64,000 bases of DNA from a virus. Its lineage: Duplodnaviria > Caudoviricetes. Positions 1 through 9,538 of the stretch are shown one piece after another. How positions within the stretch are numbered: position 1 is the stretch's first letter; every line of letters starts with the position of its first letter. Location of the stretch: the IMG/VR virus record IMGVR_UViG_3300023119_000004. The stretch is one strand, 5' to 3'. The notes under the pieces are model-generated. The model did no database searches. It saw only the letters and a program-made list of their open reading frames with translations, and was not told the DNA's origin. A program made the position numbers and the translations under genes.

Positions 1-1008
1 TACACTACCACCTAATGTTGGATCACTAAAGTTAAACAACACTTCATTATTAGTTGTATCTGTAATTAATAATAAGTCGTTAGTCGGAATACGTGTTTGC
101 ATTCTAACTTGAGAAATTTTTGCTCTATCAAGTGCAGGAACATTATCAAGACCGTTTTCGATAACGTCTGTAATAATAAACGTCAAGTCATTTATTCTAT
201 TTTCAGTTCCAGTTTCGTATGTATTAGCCGCATTGTAATATTGTGTTGTAACAACAGGACTTTGTAAAGTTGGATATGCTGACTGGGGTAATAGATAATT
301 GTTAATAAGTCGTGCCATAAATTCTTTAGCACTAATTTCAACAGTTCTATCTCCGTCAATCTGCGGAGTACTATTAATCCAATACTTACTGGCCATGTAA
401 CGTGTTTGTGAATTACCACCATACCGCAAGTCATAAAGCATACCACCTTCGCCGTCAGTACCTTGAAGATTGTATCTTGCATCACGTTCACATTTTTCTT
501 TTGAATCGTTTGTGTAACCTACAAAGTTATCAATAACACCATTTGCTAATGCACTTACAAACGTGTGTTCGCTAGTATTGGAACTAATACCAACATTCAT
601 TGTAATTGTAGTTGTTGTTATTGCTGTAATTTTTGCAGGTGTTGAAAAATAAGGATCAGTACCTTCTGTATTAGGAACACCTGATGATCTTGGGTAAGAG
701 TGAGGTGTTGCATGGTTATCATACCCACAAGTAAATGTTAGAGCATTTTCTAAAAATCTTACATAGTCGCCTACTTCAAATAAGTGGCTACCAATGGTTA
801 ATGTCATTACCCCTGTACCTGGATTATATACAGCACCTGTTGGTGTATATGATTGTGCGTTTGCAATCTTAGAATCAATCCAAGCATTTATTTCATCAGT
901 AATAAATTCAACATTGTTTTTAATTAGATCGTATGATGATGGAAAACGATTTCCTGTAATTGGAATACCGTTTTGAAATATATACTGTTCTACCTTTTGT
1001 TTAGCCAT
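1..1008 (-). CDS. Virion structural / tail-fibre-associated protein, 3'-truncated by window edge (not in supplied ORF track)
   Basis: Manual translation from ATG at 1008: MAKQKVEQYIFQNGIP..., open for 336 codons to position 1 with no stop. Contains a KCERD...DLRYGGNSQTR...LQSPVVTTQ...ENGLDNVP module that also occurs in the 13322..19426 protein. Confidence 0.85.
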   Translation of the reverse strand, partial: MAKQKVEQYIFQNGIPITGNRFPSSYDLIKNNVEFITDEINAWIDSKIANAQSYTPTGAVYNPGTGVMTLTIGSHLFEVGDYVRFLENALTFTCGYDNHATPHSYPRSSGVPNTEGTDPYFSTPAKITAITTTTITMNVGISSNTSEHTFVSALANGVIDNFVGYTNDSKEKCERDARYNLQGTDGEGGMLYDLRYGGNSQTRYMASKYWINSTPQIDGDRTVEISAKEFMARLINNYLLPQSAYPTLQSPVVTTQYYNAANTYETGTENRINDLTFIITDVIENGLDNVPALDRAKISQVRMQTRIPTNDLLLITDTTNNEVLFNFSDPTLGGSV

Positions 1009-1014
1009 CTAATA

Positions 1015-2046
1015 TTAAACTCCAAATGCTACAGCCATCGCAACTGCTCTATTATCAACATACTTCTTGTTTGTAATGTTATACGTACTTGCTGGAGAAG
1101 CAACAACAGTACCAGTACTGAATGTTGCATCTGCTGGTTTAGTATTTCCAATTACTGTGTTATTTATTGTTCCGCCACTAGATCGTAAGTCGTCTGTGGA
1201 AACAATTCCCGGTGTAATTGTACCTATATCAACGTTGTCTATTAAGCCAGTTGTGCCTGGATTAATTACAACTATACCACCACTTCCTGATGGTGCTAAA
1301 GTTACTGCCGCGTTTGCTGGACTTAGTGTTACAGCATCTGCCGCAGTCAAAATATTTGCTTCTACATCTAAATTACTTAATGTACCGCCGTTGTCTGGTT
1401 GGATATTTACTGTACCTGAACTACCAGTTGGACTTAGTGTTACAATAGCATTTTCACCTACCGCTGTAACATTACCAACTGACGTAATTCTACTAAAAGT
1501 ACCAATACCAGTAACAGTAGGATCACTAGCATTCATTAATGATAGTGGGGTTTGATCACTATTACCAAACGCTAGTGCGGCCGGAGCATTGTCTGGCACT
1601 TCAAAAGTTACTTTGCCTTCAAACTGTCCTTGTGCTTCACTACCTTCTTTAACAGTTAACCCGTCTAGAGTGGTGTGCTTAACTCCTTGATTATATAAAG
1701 TCCAAATACCGTCGGAAAATGTAAAAATATTAAAACTAAAATTACCTAATGTTTGTCCTGCTTCGTTAACCTCACGTAGTTGTAAGTTAAAAACATACGT
1801 ACTACCACGTGTTAGTTCAATTGTAGGATTAGGCTGTAATTCTGTATCAGAACCTTCTTGAAAATATCCGTCAATAGTAAAAGCGTTTCCTGCCTGTCTT
1901 ACTAAAAAGTCACCAGCAAGATCGACTTCTTCTTCTGTAACAGTATAAGTTACACTTCGTAGGGTTACGTTACCTTCGTCATCAACGCTAAACCCCGGTG
2001 ATTTAAATCCATACTGTGCTTCAAATGCTGATTTTACTACGGTCAT
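1015..2046 (-). CDS. Virion structural protein (tail-fibre-like, Thr/Gly-rich; degenerate cupredoxin-like module IELTRGSTYVFNL...VTFEVPDNAP)
   Basis: 343-aa ORF, AAGGAG RBS, late-promoter box upstream (2063-2069), composition typical of fibres. Confidence 0.7.
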   Translation of the reverse strand: MTVVKSAFEAQYGFKSPGFSVDDEGNVTLRSVTYTVTEEEVDLAGDFLVRQAGNAFTIDGYFQEGSDTELQPNPTIELTRGSTYVFNLQLREVNEAGQTLGNFSFNIFTFSDGIWTLYNQGVKHTTLDGLTVKEGSEAQGQFEGKVTFEVPDNAPAALAFGNSDQTPLSLMNASDPTVTGIGTFSRITSVGNVTAVGENAIVTLSPTGSSGTVNIQPDNGGTLSNLDVEANILTAADAVTLSPANAAVTLAPSGSGGIVVINPGTTGLIDNVDIGTITPGIVSTDDLRSSGGTINNTVIGNTKPADATFSTGTVVASPASTYNITNKKYVDNRAVAMAVAFGV

Positions 2047-2075
2047 TTTGGTTCTCCTTTAGTATTTATCTGCAT

Positions 2076-3770
2076 TTAATTCACCACAATTAGTCCGTGC
2101 ATTACGCTATGGAATTGACAGTTATAATGATACTGTCCTGCAACAGCAGGAGTCCACTCAACTGTACCATTTTGTGCACCTTGGTTTGATGCTGTAGGGG
2201 TTGTAACTTGATTACTAGTACCTGTGCTGTTAACAGTTTTAATATAGAACGGATGCCCTGGTGATGCAACATTAAATGTTAATGTATCGCCCACTGAACA
2301 CGTAACTGTCGGATTAGAACCTGTTACTTGCCCGTTTTCATCTGTACCAACTATTGTATATGCACTTGAGTATGTGTTTGATACTGATAATGTATATCCA
2401 GCACCTGGTGTTGTACTTGTATCATTAATCGGAATACTTAAACTTGCTTCGCCGTTGTCTAGTGCAATAGTCATTGTTTCCGATCCTTCAGTTGTATCGT
2501 CTGCTGTAATTGCTACGTTTAATGTTTCATCTGAACCAACAACAAATGCTCCTGTTAAACTTGCTCCGCCAATGTCAGCACTTTCAATTCCTGTAATAGT
2601 CCAAGGTAGAACACTACCAATCGTAACATTAGAAGTTACAAGTGTAAGTGTAATAGTATCGCCTTCATTGGCTGGACTTGCACTAGTTGATATTGAATAA
2701 CTTGGAACAATTGGTGAAAGACTTGTGTCACCAATAGTAACTGTAGCAGTTACTTGCGGATATTGTGATAAACTAATTTGGAATTGTTCTGTTCCTTCAG
2801 TAGTAACATCTTCTGATACAATAAAGGTTCTAACTTCATCTTGACCAACAGTAAATACTCCTGTAAGTGCTACACCATTGATATCTTCTGAAGTAACTCC
2901 TGTAATTTCGTAATCAATTTCTGTACCAGCGTCAATATTTCCTGTTGTTAATGTAATTGTAAATGTGCCACCTTCGTTAACACTTGTTTTATCAGTTGTA
3001 AGTGTAAGGTTAATTGCAGGTGTTGTTGAACTGTCTGCAATTTGAATTGATGTACTTGCTTCATTATTATCCAATGTTAACACAAGAGTTTCTACACCTT
3101 CTGTTGTGTTATCTGCTGTAATTGGGAATGTTATCTCATCGTCATCACCGACAACAAAGTTACCTGTCAAGTTTGCACCGCCAATGTCAGCACTTTGTAC
3201 TCCAGTAATAGTATAAGGAACAATAGATCCTGCAAGTACGTTTGTTGTAATAAGTCTAATCGAAACTTCTTCGCCAACTTCTCCAATTGATGTTGTGCTC
3301 GGAGAAAGTGTATAAGTTGGTGCGTAAACACTTGCCGCTGTACCAAGCAATGTCGGTGTTGGTTCGTTTAGTGTTGCATAGTAGTTTGCACTATAAATGA
3401 TTTTTGCACCTTGAATAGCAGTCGAATCATCTTGTACCCTCGGATATGCAACTAGTTTAAAATATGCATCAGTGACTTCAACTTCTAACTGCATTAGATC
3501 GTCACCTAAGTTTGAACGACCATACACTACAATGTTTGCTTTACTAGTTGTAGCAGTACACAAACACTTAATAATTTCTTTTCTTTCACTGTTTACATCA
3601 CACGCAATGGTATATTCAACACCAAAATATGAACCCACATACCAGCGATCTAGTTCTGTACCTGCTTCTACAAGTGTAAAAGTAGGGCCAGCATAACTTA
3701 GATTTGTGCCGTTTCTAAATTCAATAGTCTGGTTTTGACCGCGTCTAAAATACTTGGTGATATCAAACAT
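2076..3770 (-). CDS. Virion protein with three Ig/Calx-beta-like repeats and a C-terminal cupredoxin (plastocyanin/amicyanin-like) domain
   Basis: Repeats of the type S(V/A)NEG.T.T.TL.T...G....Y/WTITG..SADI.G..LTG.F.VG.D....ITAD.TTEG.E; C-terminus GHPFYI...YHYNCQFHSVMHG. Confidence 0.75.
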   Translation of the reverse strand: MFDITKYFRRGQNQTIEFRNGTNLSYAGPTFTLVEAGTELDRWYVGSYFGVEYTIACDVNSERKEIIKCLCTATTSKANIVVYGRSNLGDDLMQLEVEVTDAYFKLVAYPRVQDDSTAIQGAKIIYSANYYATLNEPTPTLLGTAASVYAPTYTLSPSTTSIGEVGEEVSIRLITTNVLAGSIVPYTITGVQSADIGGANLTGNFVVGDDDEITFPITADNTTEGVETLVLTLDNNEASTSIQIADSSTTPAINLTLTTDKTSVNEGGTFTITLTTGNIDAGTEIDYEITGVTSEDINGVALTGVFTVGQDEVRTFIVSEDVTTEGTEQFQISLSQYPQVTATVTIGDTSLSPIVPSYSISTSASPANEGDTITLTLVTSNVTIGSVLPWTITGIESADIGGASLTGAFVVGSDETLNVAITADDTTEGSETMTIALDNGEASLSIPINDTSTTPGAGYTLSVSNTYSSAYTIVGTDENGQVTGSNPTVTCSVGDTLTFNVASPGHPFYIKTVNSTGTSNQVTTPTASNQGAQNGTVEWTPAVAGQYHYNCQFHSVMHGLIVVN

Positions 3771-3817
3771 TATTATCCTCTTTAGTATATTTATCGATAG
3801 TTAACGGCTTTAGGATC

Positions 3818-4450
3818 TTAGTCAATTTGACGCTTTGAGATCGCTAAGTACCACATATCTAAGGGATATTGTTTGCTTTTAAAGTGTGTAATAATTTCTA
3901 AGCCGTTATCATCTATCATATCTTGGAATGTTTTAGGACTAGAACCCCATACATTTTCAGCCAATATGATTAATCCGTCATCAGTTAGATAGTTGTTAAC
4001 ATTATCAAAAAAATCTCTATGTATTGCCCAATCAGTATCCTTGTATTTCCTTGGTTCGTTGTAGTGTTCTACATACGGATCGTGATTAAAATGAGGAGGA
4101 TTTGCAACAATTAGGTCAAATTTCTGCTCTGGAATTTTTTGAAAATTATGACTGTAAATAAACTTTGCTTTTGCTTCAAAACTATTTTCTCTAATAGTTT
4201 TATTGATGCAATAACTGTTGTTTAATTCTACATCACTAAGTGTTAGTTTTTCAGTTTGTAAAGATGCAAGTAATCCAAACCCCCAATAGCCTGGACCACT
4301 ACACCATTCTAGTGTATTTTTAAACTGTCTATTATTGCTAATATGATTAGTCGCGTCAAGAAAGTCATCGACCATTGTGTTTCCACAACCGTCTAATTCG
4401 TCAGTCCAAAAGATAGTTGTGTCGAAATATTTGACTTCCTTATAATCCAT
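3818..4450 (-). CDS. Class I SAM-dependent methyltransferase (MTS/HemK-like, NPPx motif)
   Basis: Motif I LEWCSGPGYWG and motif IV FDLIVANPPHF. Confidence 0.85.
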   Translation of the reverse strand: MDYKEVKYFDTTIFWTDELDGCGNTMVDDFLDATNHISNNRQFKNTLEWCSGPGYWGFGLLASLQTEKLTLSDVELNNSYCINKTIRENSFEAKAKFIYSHNFQKIPEQKFDLIVANPPHFNHDPYVEHYNEPRKYKDTDWAIHRDFFDNVNNYLTDDGLIILAENVWGSSPKTFQDMIDDNGLEIITHFKSKQYPLDMWYLAISKRQID

Positions 4451-4454
4451 TCCA

Positions 4455-6257
4455 TTAGTTCTTTAGTGTAATTAATTTACCGTATTCTGGTAGATACAAG
4501 TATTCGATATCACTGTGTGCTAATGTACGAATTGCATCATCTAATGTTTCTACTAATGGTTCACCGCCTAGATTAAATGAAGTATTAAACACCATAGGAA
4601 TACCGGTTTCTTTTTTCCATTCTTTAATGAATCTATAGTAAAGTGGATTTTGTTTTTCATTTACGGTTTGAATTCTACAAGTTCCGTCTACATGAATAAT
4701 AGCAGGAATTTTCTTTTCAATGCCTGGCTGGCAATTTACAGCATACATCATTGTAGGCGAACTTTTCATACCACGTAAGTCAAACCACTCATGTACATCT
4801 TCTTCTAAGATACTACCTGCAAACGGGCGGAAATATTCTCGACGCTTAACAGTATTAACGTGATCCTTTCCGTTTGGATCGCTTGGATCGTACATAATAG
4901 TTCTATTACCTAATGCTCTTGGACCATTCTCTGAACGTCCTTGATGCATTACAACAATATTTCTATCTTTTAATAGTGCAACAGCATCTTTATCACTTGC
5001 ATCTGTTACAGTTGCATTATATTTTTCGGCAGTATTTTCAATTTCTTCTTGTGAATAAAAATATTCCGGTCCTTCGTATAATGTATCAACTTGTGGATTA
5101 ACTTTATTGCTTTTAGTTAATTTTCTATGCCAGTACATTGCGGCACCCATTGCTGTGCCTGCATCATTTGATACTGGTTCAACATAAATTTCAATGTCTT
5201 GATCTTTTAGTGCATCAAGGTAATGATAGTTAGCAACACAGTTTAATCCGTATCCTCCGGAAATAACAACTTTGTTTTTTCCTGACATTTCAACTGCTTT
5301 TTTAATTAAGCGTACAACTTGTTCTTGTGTTTGTGTTTGAATAGCATACGCCATGTCTCTTCTATTTTTTAATTTAGTAACATCGTCATCTGAGTGATCA
5401 GTTAAAAACGGAAACATATTGTAATTAACGTGAGCACCGTTAGGATATGTTGGTACAATTAATTCTCTATCGGAAATAGGATGTAGTGTGTCCTCTCTAA
5501 AAATTTTAGGACACTCTACATTGGGCCCACCATATGGGAATAACCCCATAGTTTTTCCTGCTTCAATAAAACTAAAACCACAGTACTCAGTTACTGCTTC
5601 GTATGCTTTAACAATACCTGCATTTTCAGTTAGGAAAAGTTCGTGTGTATTTTCTTTAGGTTCGTCATACATTTCGCTAGTAAATTCTGGCATCCAAGAA
5701 CCTGTTAAAGGTCCATTTGTTCCTAGGTGTTTGTATAATGTTTTAAAGTTATCTGGATAGTTACAATCAAAAATACTTTCAGTTTCCCAAACAGTTGTTT
5801 GTTGATTGCCAATGTTTAAATCAATAAATGTTCCTGCACCGTCAACAATAACACCAACTGCTTCGTCAAACCCTGAGCGATAAAAAGCACAAGCCGCGTG
5901 TAACTTGTGATGAATATGACTTAGGTCGATAACTTGTGGGTGCGGATTTCCATTAAACGGCTGTCTTTTAATTAAACCTAGTTTACGTGCAAGACCAGTA
6001 TAAACATCGTCTCCGCTAAAATCAATTTTACCCGCTGTATATTGTAAATTTTGTGTATGTGCTACAATAAGAAAATCTAATTCATCTGTGTACTCAAGAA
6101 TTTTCAACATTGTGGCAAATGGGCCGCCATCGTATTTGTGTCTTGTTAGACGCTCTTCTTCAAGTGCAAATACTACTTCACCGTCCTTTAGTAGACAAAC
6201 ACCTCCGTTATGTCCTCTAGCAATACCTGCAATCCAAACCGGTTTTTTATCCGCCAT
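4455..6257 (-). CDS. O-carbamoyltransferase, NodU/CmcH/TobZ family
   Basis: 600 aa; HNGGVC, EEERLTRHK, HHKLHA, VDGAG, GRSENGPRALGNR, KRREYFRPFA, HVDGTCRIQTV and FNTSFN motifs. Confidence 0.93.
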   Translation of the reverse strand: MADKKPVWIAGIARGHNGGVCLLKDGEVVFALEEERLTRHKYDGGPFATMLKILEYTDELDFLIVAHTQNLQYTAGKIDFSGDDVYTGLARKLGLIKRQPFNGNPHPQVIDLSHIHHKLHAACAFYRSGFDEAVGVIVDGAGTFIDLNIGNQQTTVWETESIFDCNYPDNFKTLYKHLGTNGPLTGSWMPEFTSEMYDEPKENTHELFLTENAGIVKAYEAVTEYCGFSFIEAGKTMGLFPYGGPNVECPKIFREDTLHPISDRELIVPTYPNGAHVNYNMFPFLTDHSDDDVTKLKNRRDMAYAIQTQTQEQVVRLIKKAVEMSGKNKVVISGGYGLNCVANYHYLDALKDQDIEIYVEPVSNDAGTAMGAAMYWHRKLTKSNKVNPQVDTLYEGPEYFYSQEEIENTAEKYNATVTDASDKDAVALLKDRNIVVMHQGRSENGPRALGNRTIMYDPSDPNGKDHVNTVKRREYFRPFAGSILEEDVHEWFDLRGMKSSPTMMYAVNCQPGIEKKIPAIIHVDGTCRIQTVNEKQNPLYYRFIKEWKKETGIPMVFNTSFNLGGEPLVETLDDAIRTLAHSDIEYLYLPEYGKLITLKN

Positions 6258-6259
6258 AT

Positions 6260-7087
6260 TTAATATCCTCGATAATTTCGATCCCAGCCTTCAAGTTGAA
6301 GATTGGTAATGTTTTTAATTGTTTCTTTGTAGTCATCAGTTTTAACATTGTTAATACTATCTATCATATATTCTTGATGTTGATTTAAGTTGTGGCTTAA
6401 ATTGTCCATTACCCAATTTAAATGTTGTATTGGACTAGGGTGTAGTTCTATCCATTTTTCATTATTCTTATTAGTAAACCACCAACTATAATCTTTTCTA
6501 TACCACGCATATAATCCAATTGGTTCTAACCAATAATCTTCGTCAAAGATATATTTGTAATCTTGTAGTTCGTATTCGTCCCAGGCATTTGCAAGTTCTG
6601 GTGTATTACGTAAATTTTCACCATGACCTGCTTGATGTGGTATATCTGTGCCTAGTGTTTCTAACTTATTAATACTTGTAAACAGAAAATTGCATCCAGT
6701 TGATTTTAATAATCCTGCTGTTAGTAAAATACTGTTAAGTGTACTTAGGAAATATGCCTTTTCATCAAAGAATTTATCATGCCAGTCTTTGTTAAAAGTT
6801 TCAGTGTTTTGATAACTGAACAAACTTCCTTTAGTTTGCCAAGTTTCTTCTTTGTCAAAACGCATATAGTCATGTCTTAGATAACTTGACCATTGTACTA
6901 TTACTGTATCGTCTTTGGTAAAGTTATTTTTTAAATTACATTCAGCAACACGTTCTGCAATAGCACGATTGCCTAACCCTGCATGACCCCAGTTTTCATA
7001 ATAGTTAAAATTATGTGCGTAGAAGTCTGCCCAAGTAGGCCAATTCCATGATGTATATGAACAGCCAAAGGCAAATAGTCTAGACAT
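6260..7087 (-). CDS. Hypothetical protein, SGNH/GDSL-like fold (possible acyl-transferase/esterase)
   Basis: N-terminal FAFGCSYT, G.GN motif and C-terminal HPS..QH, typical of phage SGNH-like proteins. Confidence 0.55.
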   Translation of the reverse strand: MSRLFAFGCSYTSWNWPTWADFYAHNFNYYENWGHAGLGNRAIAERVAECNLKNNFTKDDTVIVQWSSYLRHDYMRFDKEETWQTKGSLFSYQNTETFNKDWHDKFFDEKAYFLSTLNSILLTAGLLKSTGCNFLFTSINKLETLGTDIPHQAGHGENLRNTPELANAWDEYELQDYKYIFDEDYWLEPIGLYAWYRKDYSWWFTNKNNEKWIELHPSPIQHLNWVMDNLSHNLNQHQEYMIDSINNVKTDDYKETIKNITNLQLEGWDRNYRGY

Positions 7088-8067
7088 TATTCTTCTGTAA
7101 AGCGGTTTCCTACTTTAGCCTTACCCTTAATACCATTCATTACTGATTCAACAACAATATCTTCAATCTTATCATTCATTGCCATGATACCGTCATTAAT
7201 TCTGTCTGACCATTCATCTGTAGTAACTCTAATTGGTGAATAAACTCTTGCACCTTGACCCATATCAAGAATATCCATGTTTTTATCTTCAGGATATGAA
7301 ACATTAATAGGGAATGTAGAGCCAATAACAACTGTGCCTTTTAATCCTAATGCGTGTACAATGTGCTGTCCAACACTATCACAACCTAAGAAATAATCTG
7401 CCGCTTGAATAATACCTGCCCATTGTCTTAGGTTTGCACCCATTGGACTTGCTACAGGATTTTTAATACCGTGTTTTGAAAAGTCAATACCAAACTCTGC
7501 CATATGTATAACGCCAACTTTATGAGATAATTTTTTAACAATGTTGACAGAATTTTCTGCTTCAAAACTTCTTCCACTCCAATCAGAGATCATTCCGTTT
7601 TCATGCATAACTGCTCTACCGAATGGTTGGAAAACAACAATTTTATCTTTGCCTGTTTTTTCTTTTACTTCGTCGATTAACTTTTTACCGAACATTAATT
7701 CTTCTCTTGAAAGTTTAAGTTCTGGTTTTTTAATTTTTCTTAGTCCTTTACCGTTAATTGCAATGTCGTAGGCTTCAGCAATGCTACACTTTTGATTGTA
7801 GTATTCCCAAACCCTATACGGTTCTGGAGTAACTAAATTCATGTTAACTAGTTTTTCTTGGAATAAGTTCTTATGCCAATGATCATATGCTTTTGCATGA
7901 AGTAAAGGATGTCCTTTATAAAAGTCTGTGCCACCTTCACATACAATTATAAAATTATCATCGGGATTTTCTTCTGCAAAGGTTAATAGAGCCGGAATAC
8001 TAGCAAGTACTCGTCCTGCACCACCATTAATAAAGATGGCAGTATCTCGTTTGGTTTGTTCTGTCAT
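7087..8067 (-). CDS. Glycosyltransferase, GT9 (heptosyltransferase)-like GT-B fold
   Basis: GGAGRV near the N-terminus, VVFQPFG, and ADYFLGCDSVGQHIVHALG matching the GT9 D..IG.DSG..H.A.ALG signature. Confidence 0.75.
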   Translation of the reverse strand: MTEQTKRDTAIFINGGAGRVLASIPALLTFAEENPDDNFIIVCEGGTDFYKGHPLLHAKAYDHWHKNLFQEKLVNMNLVTPEPYRVWEYYNQKCSIAEAYDIAINGKGLRKIKKPELKLSREELMFGKKLIDEVKEKTGKDKIVVFQPFGRAVMHENGMISDWSGRSFEAENSVNIVKKLSHKVGVIHMAEFGIDFSKHGIKNPVASPMGANLRQWAGIIQAADYFLGCDSVGQHIVHALGLKGTVVIGSTFPINVSYPEDKNMDILDMGQGARVYSPIRVTTDEWSDRINDGIMAMNDKIEDIVVESVMNGIKGKAKVGNRFTEE

Positions 8068-8120
8068 TAAATTATCCTTTTACAAAGTTGCGTTTGTAAA
8101 GATATTTAATGTAAAACTAA

Positions 8121-9518
8121 TTAGGAAGATTGTTTTCTGGCTGTAATACGTCCAGCAACTCTAGTGTTACCGTGTACATCTGTTGGCGCCGCTGGCAACC
8201 CGTCAACAATACCATCATCAAAAGGTGTTCCGTCTGTACTTAAACCTAATCTAGCAAGGTCTTCAGCAAAGTAGTTACCGCCTTTTTCTGGTGGAATAAA
8301 GTGGAAAGTTGCTGGGTGATATGTATGTTCCATTAACCAACCATCTGATGGATCTGCCCATTGTGCCGCGTCAGTTCCTGAACCATCTGCTAATGATCCA
8401 ACTGCCGCTCCATATCGTCCAAATGGTCCTGGGAATTGATCTGCTTCACCCCAAATACCTGGGTATTTTGCTTTTGGTGATTGTGGAAATCTTACTTTCC
8501 ATGGATCAATACGTACTACTTTTGAAAGTGTGAATGTTGCCGCACTACCGTCACCTGTATATTCAACAGTAGGACTTACAACAGTTTTTGCTTCTTTAAT
8601 GTGTCTAGCATTAAAAGCATTTCTTGTTCTTACACCAGTAATAGCACCGTCTGTATCAACTGATGTAACAATAATGTTTACGTTTAAATTGTCAATTTCA
8701 TCAACAACAGAAGTTAATGCACTTGGATCTGCTTCAAAATCAAATCCTGGTCTTGTTCCCATTGGTGCTGATAAATCATCTAATGCACCAACATCACTAG
8801 CACTAAATCCTAGTTCTTCTGCTGGAACAACTAATACATCATCTACAGCATATCCAGTGCCACCGTCAGTGATTTCTACTGTCCAAGCCGCGCCGTATGT
8901 TGCTGGTAAATCTCTTAATTTTTGTCTAAAATCAATCCATTCTTGTTTAACAGCATCTGGCATATCTGGTGACACGTGACCGTCTGCCGCTGATAGTTGA
9001 GACCAACGTACTTTTTTAATTGCTTCCCAATCAGTGTGTGGTTTAATAAACGGAAAAGGTGTATTCCATTCCTGTGCAACTGGATCGTAAGTAATTTCAT
9101 CTCTGTCGTATGTATGGTCTGGAGTAGGAACTTCAGGCTCATAGTGAACAAACGGATTACCTTGGTAATCATTCATTGGAAGTGTTTCTGATTTAATTGC
9201 ACGACCTTCTAAGAAAACTGTATCTTGGTCTGTTTCCATTAATTCACAAAGTAGAGGATTGTCTTCGCAATTAACTTTTACCATATACTCGTGTGCCGCA
9301 GGAACAAAATCATCTTCAACTTCGTACCAGTACTTAACTTCTCCAGTACGTTTGTTATCAGATTTACGTAGGAATACCCACATTTCTCTTGGACCTTCGT
9401 ATGTCCATGTTCCTACTTTACCTTCGTTTGTAGTTTGGTAAAGATATGCATCAGGCATATCATAAGAGAACTGAACGTTAATTTCATCTCTTTTGTTATT
9501 TGCGTTTGGATCTCTCAT
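8121..9518 (-). CDS. Tail fibre assembly chaperone-like protein (long form with inserted fibre module)
   Basis: WEAIKKVR...WIDFRQKLRDLP chaperone signature; paralogous to 11138..11830. Confidence 0.75.
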   Translation of the reverse strand: MRDPNANNKRDEINVQFSYDMPDAYLYQTTNEGKVGTWTYEGPREMWVFLRKSDNKRTGEVKYWYEVEDDFVPAAHEYMVKVNCEDNPLLCELMETDQDTVFLEGRAIKSETLPMNDYQGNPFVHYEPEVPTPDHTYDRDEITYDPVAQEWNTPFPFIKPHTDWEAIKKVRWSQLSAADGHVSPDMPDAVKQEWIDFRQKLRDLPATYGAAWTVEITDGGTGYAVDDVLVVPAEELGFSASDVGALDDLSAPMGTRPGFDFEADPSALTSVVDEIDNLNVNIIVTSVDTDGAITGVRTRNAFNARHIKEAKTVVSPTVEYTGDGSAATFTLSKVVRIDPWKVRFPQSPKAKYPGIWGEADQFPGPFGRYGAAVGSLADGSGTDAAQWADPSDGWLMEHTYHPATFHFIPPEKGGNYFAEDLARLGLSTDGTPFDDGIVDGLPAAPTDVHGNTRVAGRITARKQSS

Positions 9519-9538
9519 CTTATGTTCCTATACCCCTA

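Noticed and set aside
192-491. Track ORF of 99 aa on the minus strand
   Set aside because: Out-of-frame shadow inside the longer unlisted 1..1008 ORF.
3818-4450. DNA adenine methyltransferase of a restriction-modification system
   Set aside because: The NPPH motif is compatible, but the protein is small, lacks an evident target-recognition domain or cognate nuclease, and is coupled to sugar-modifying genes; substrate left open.
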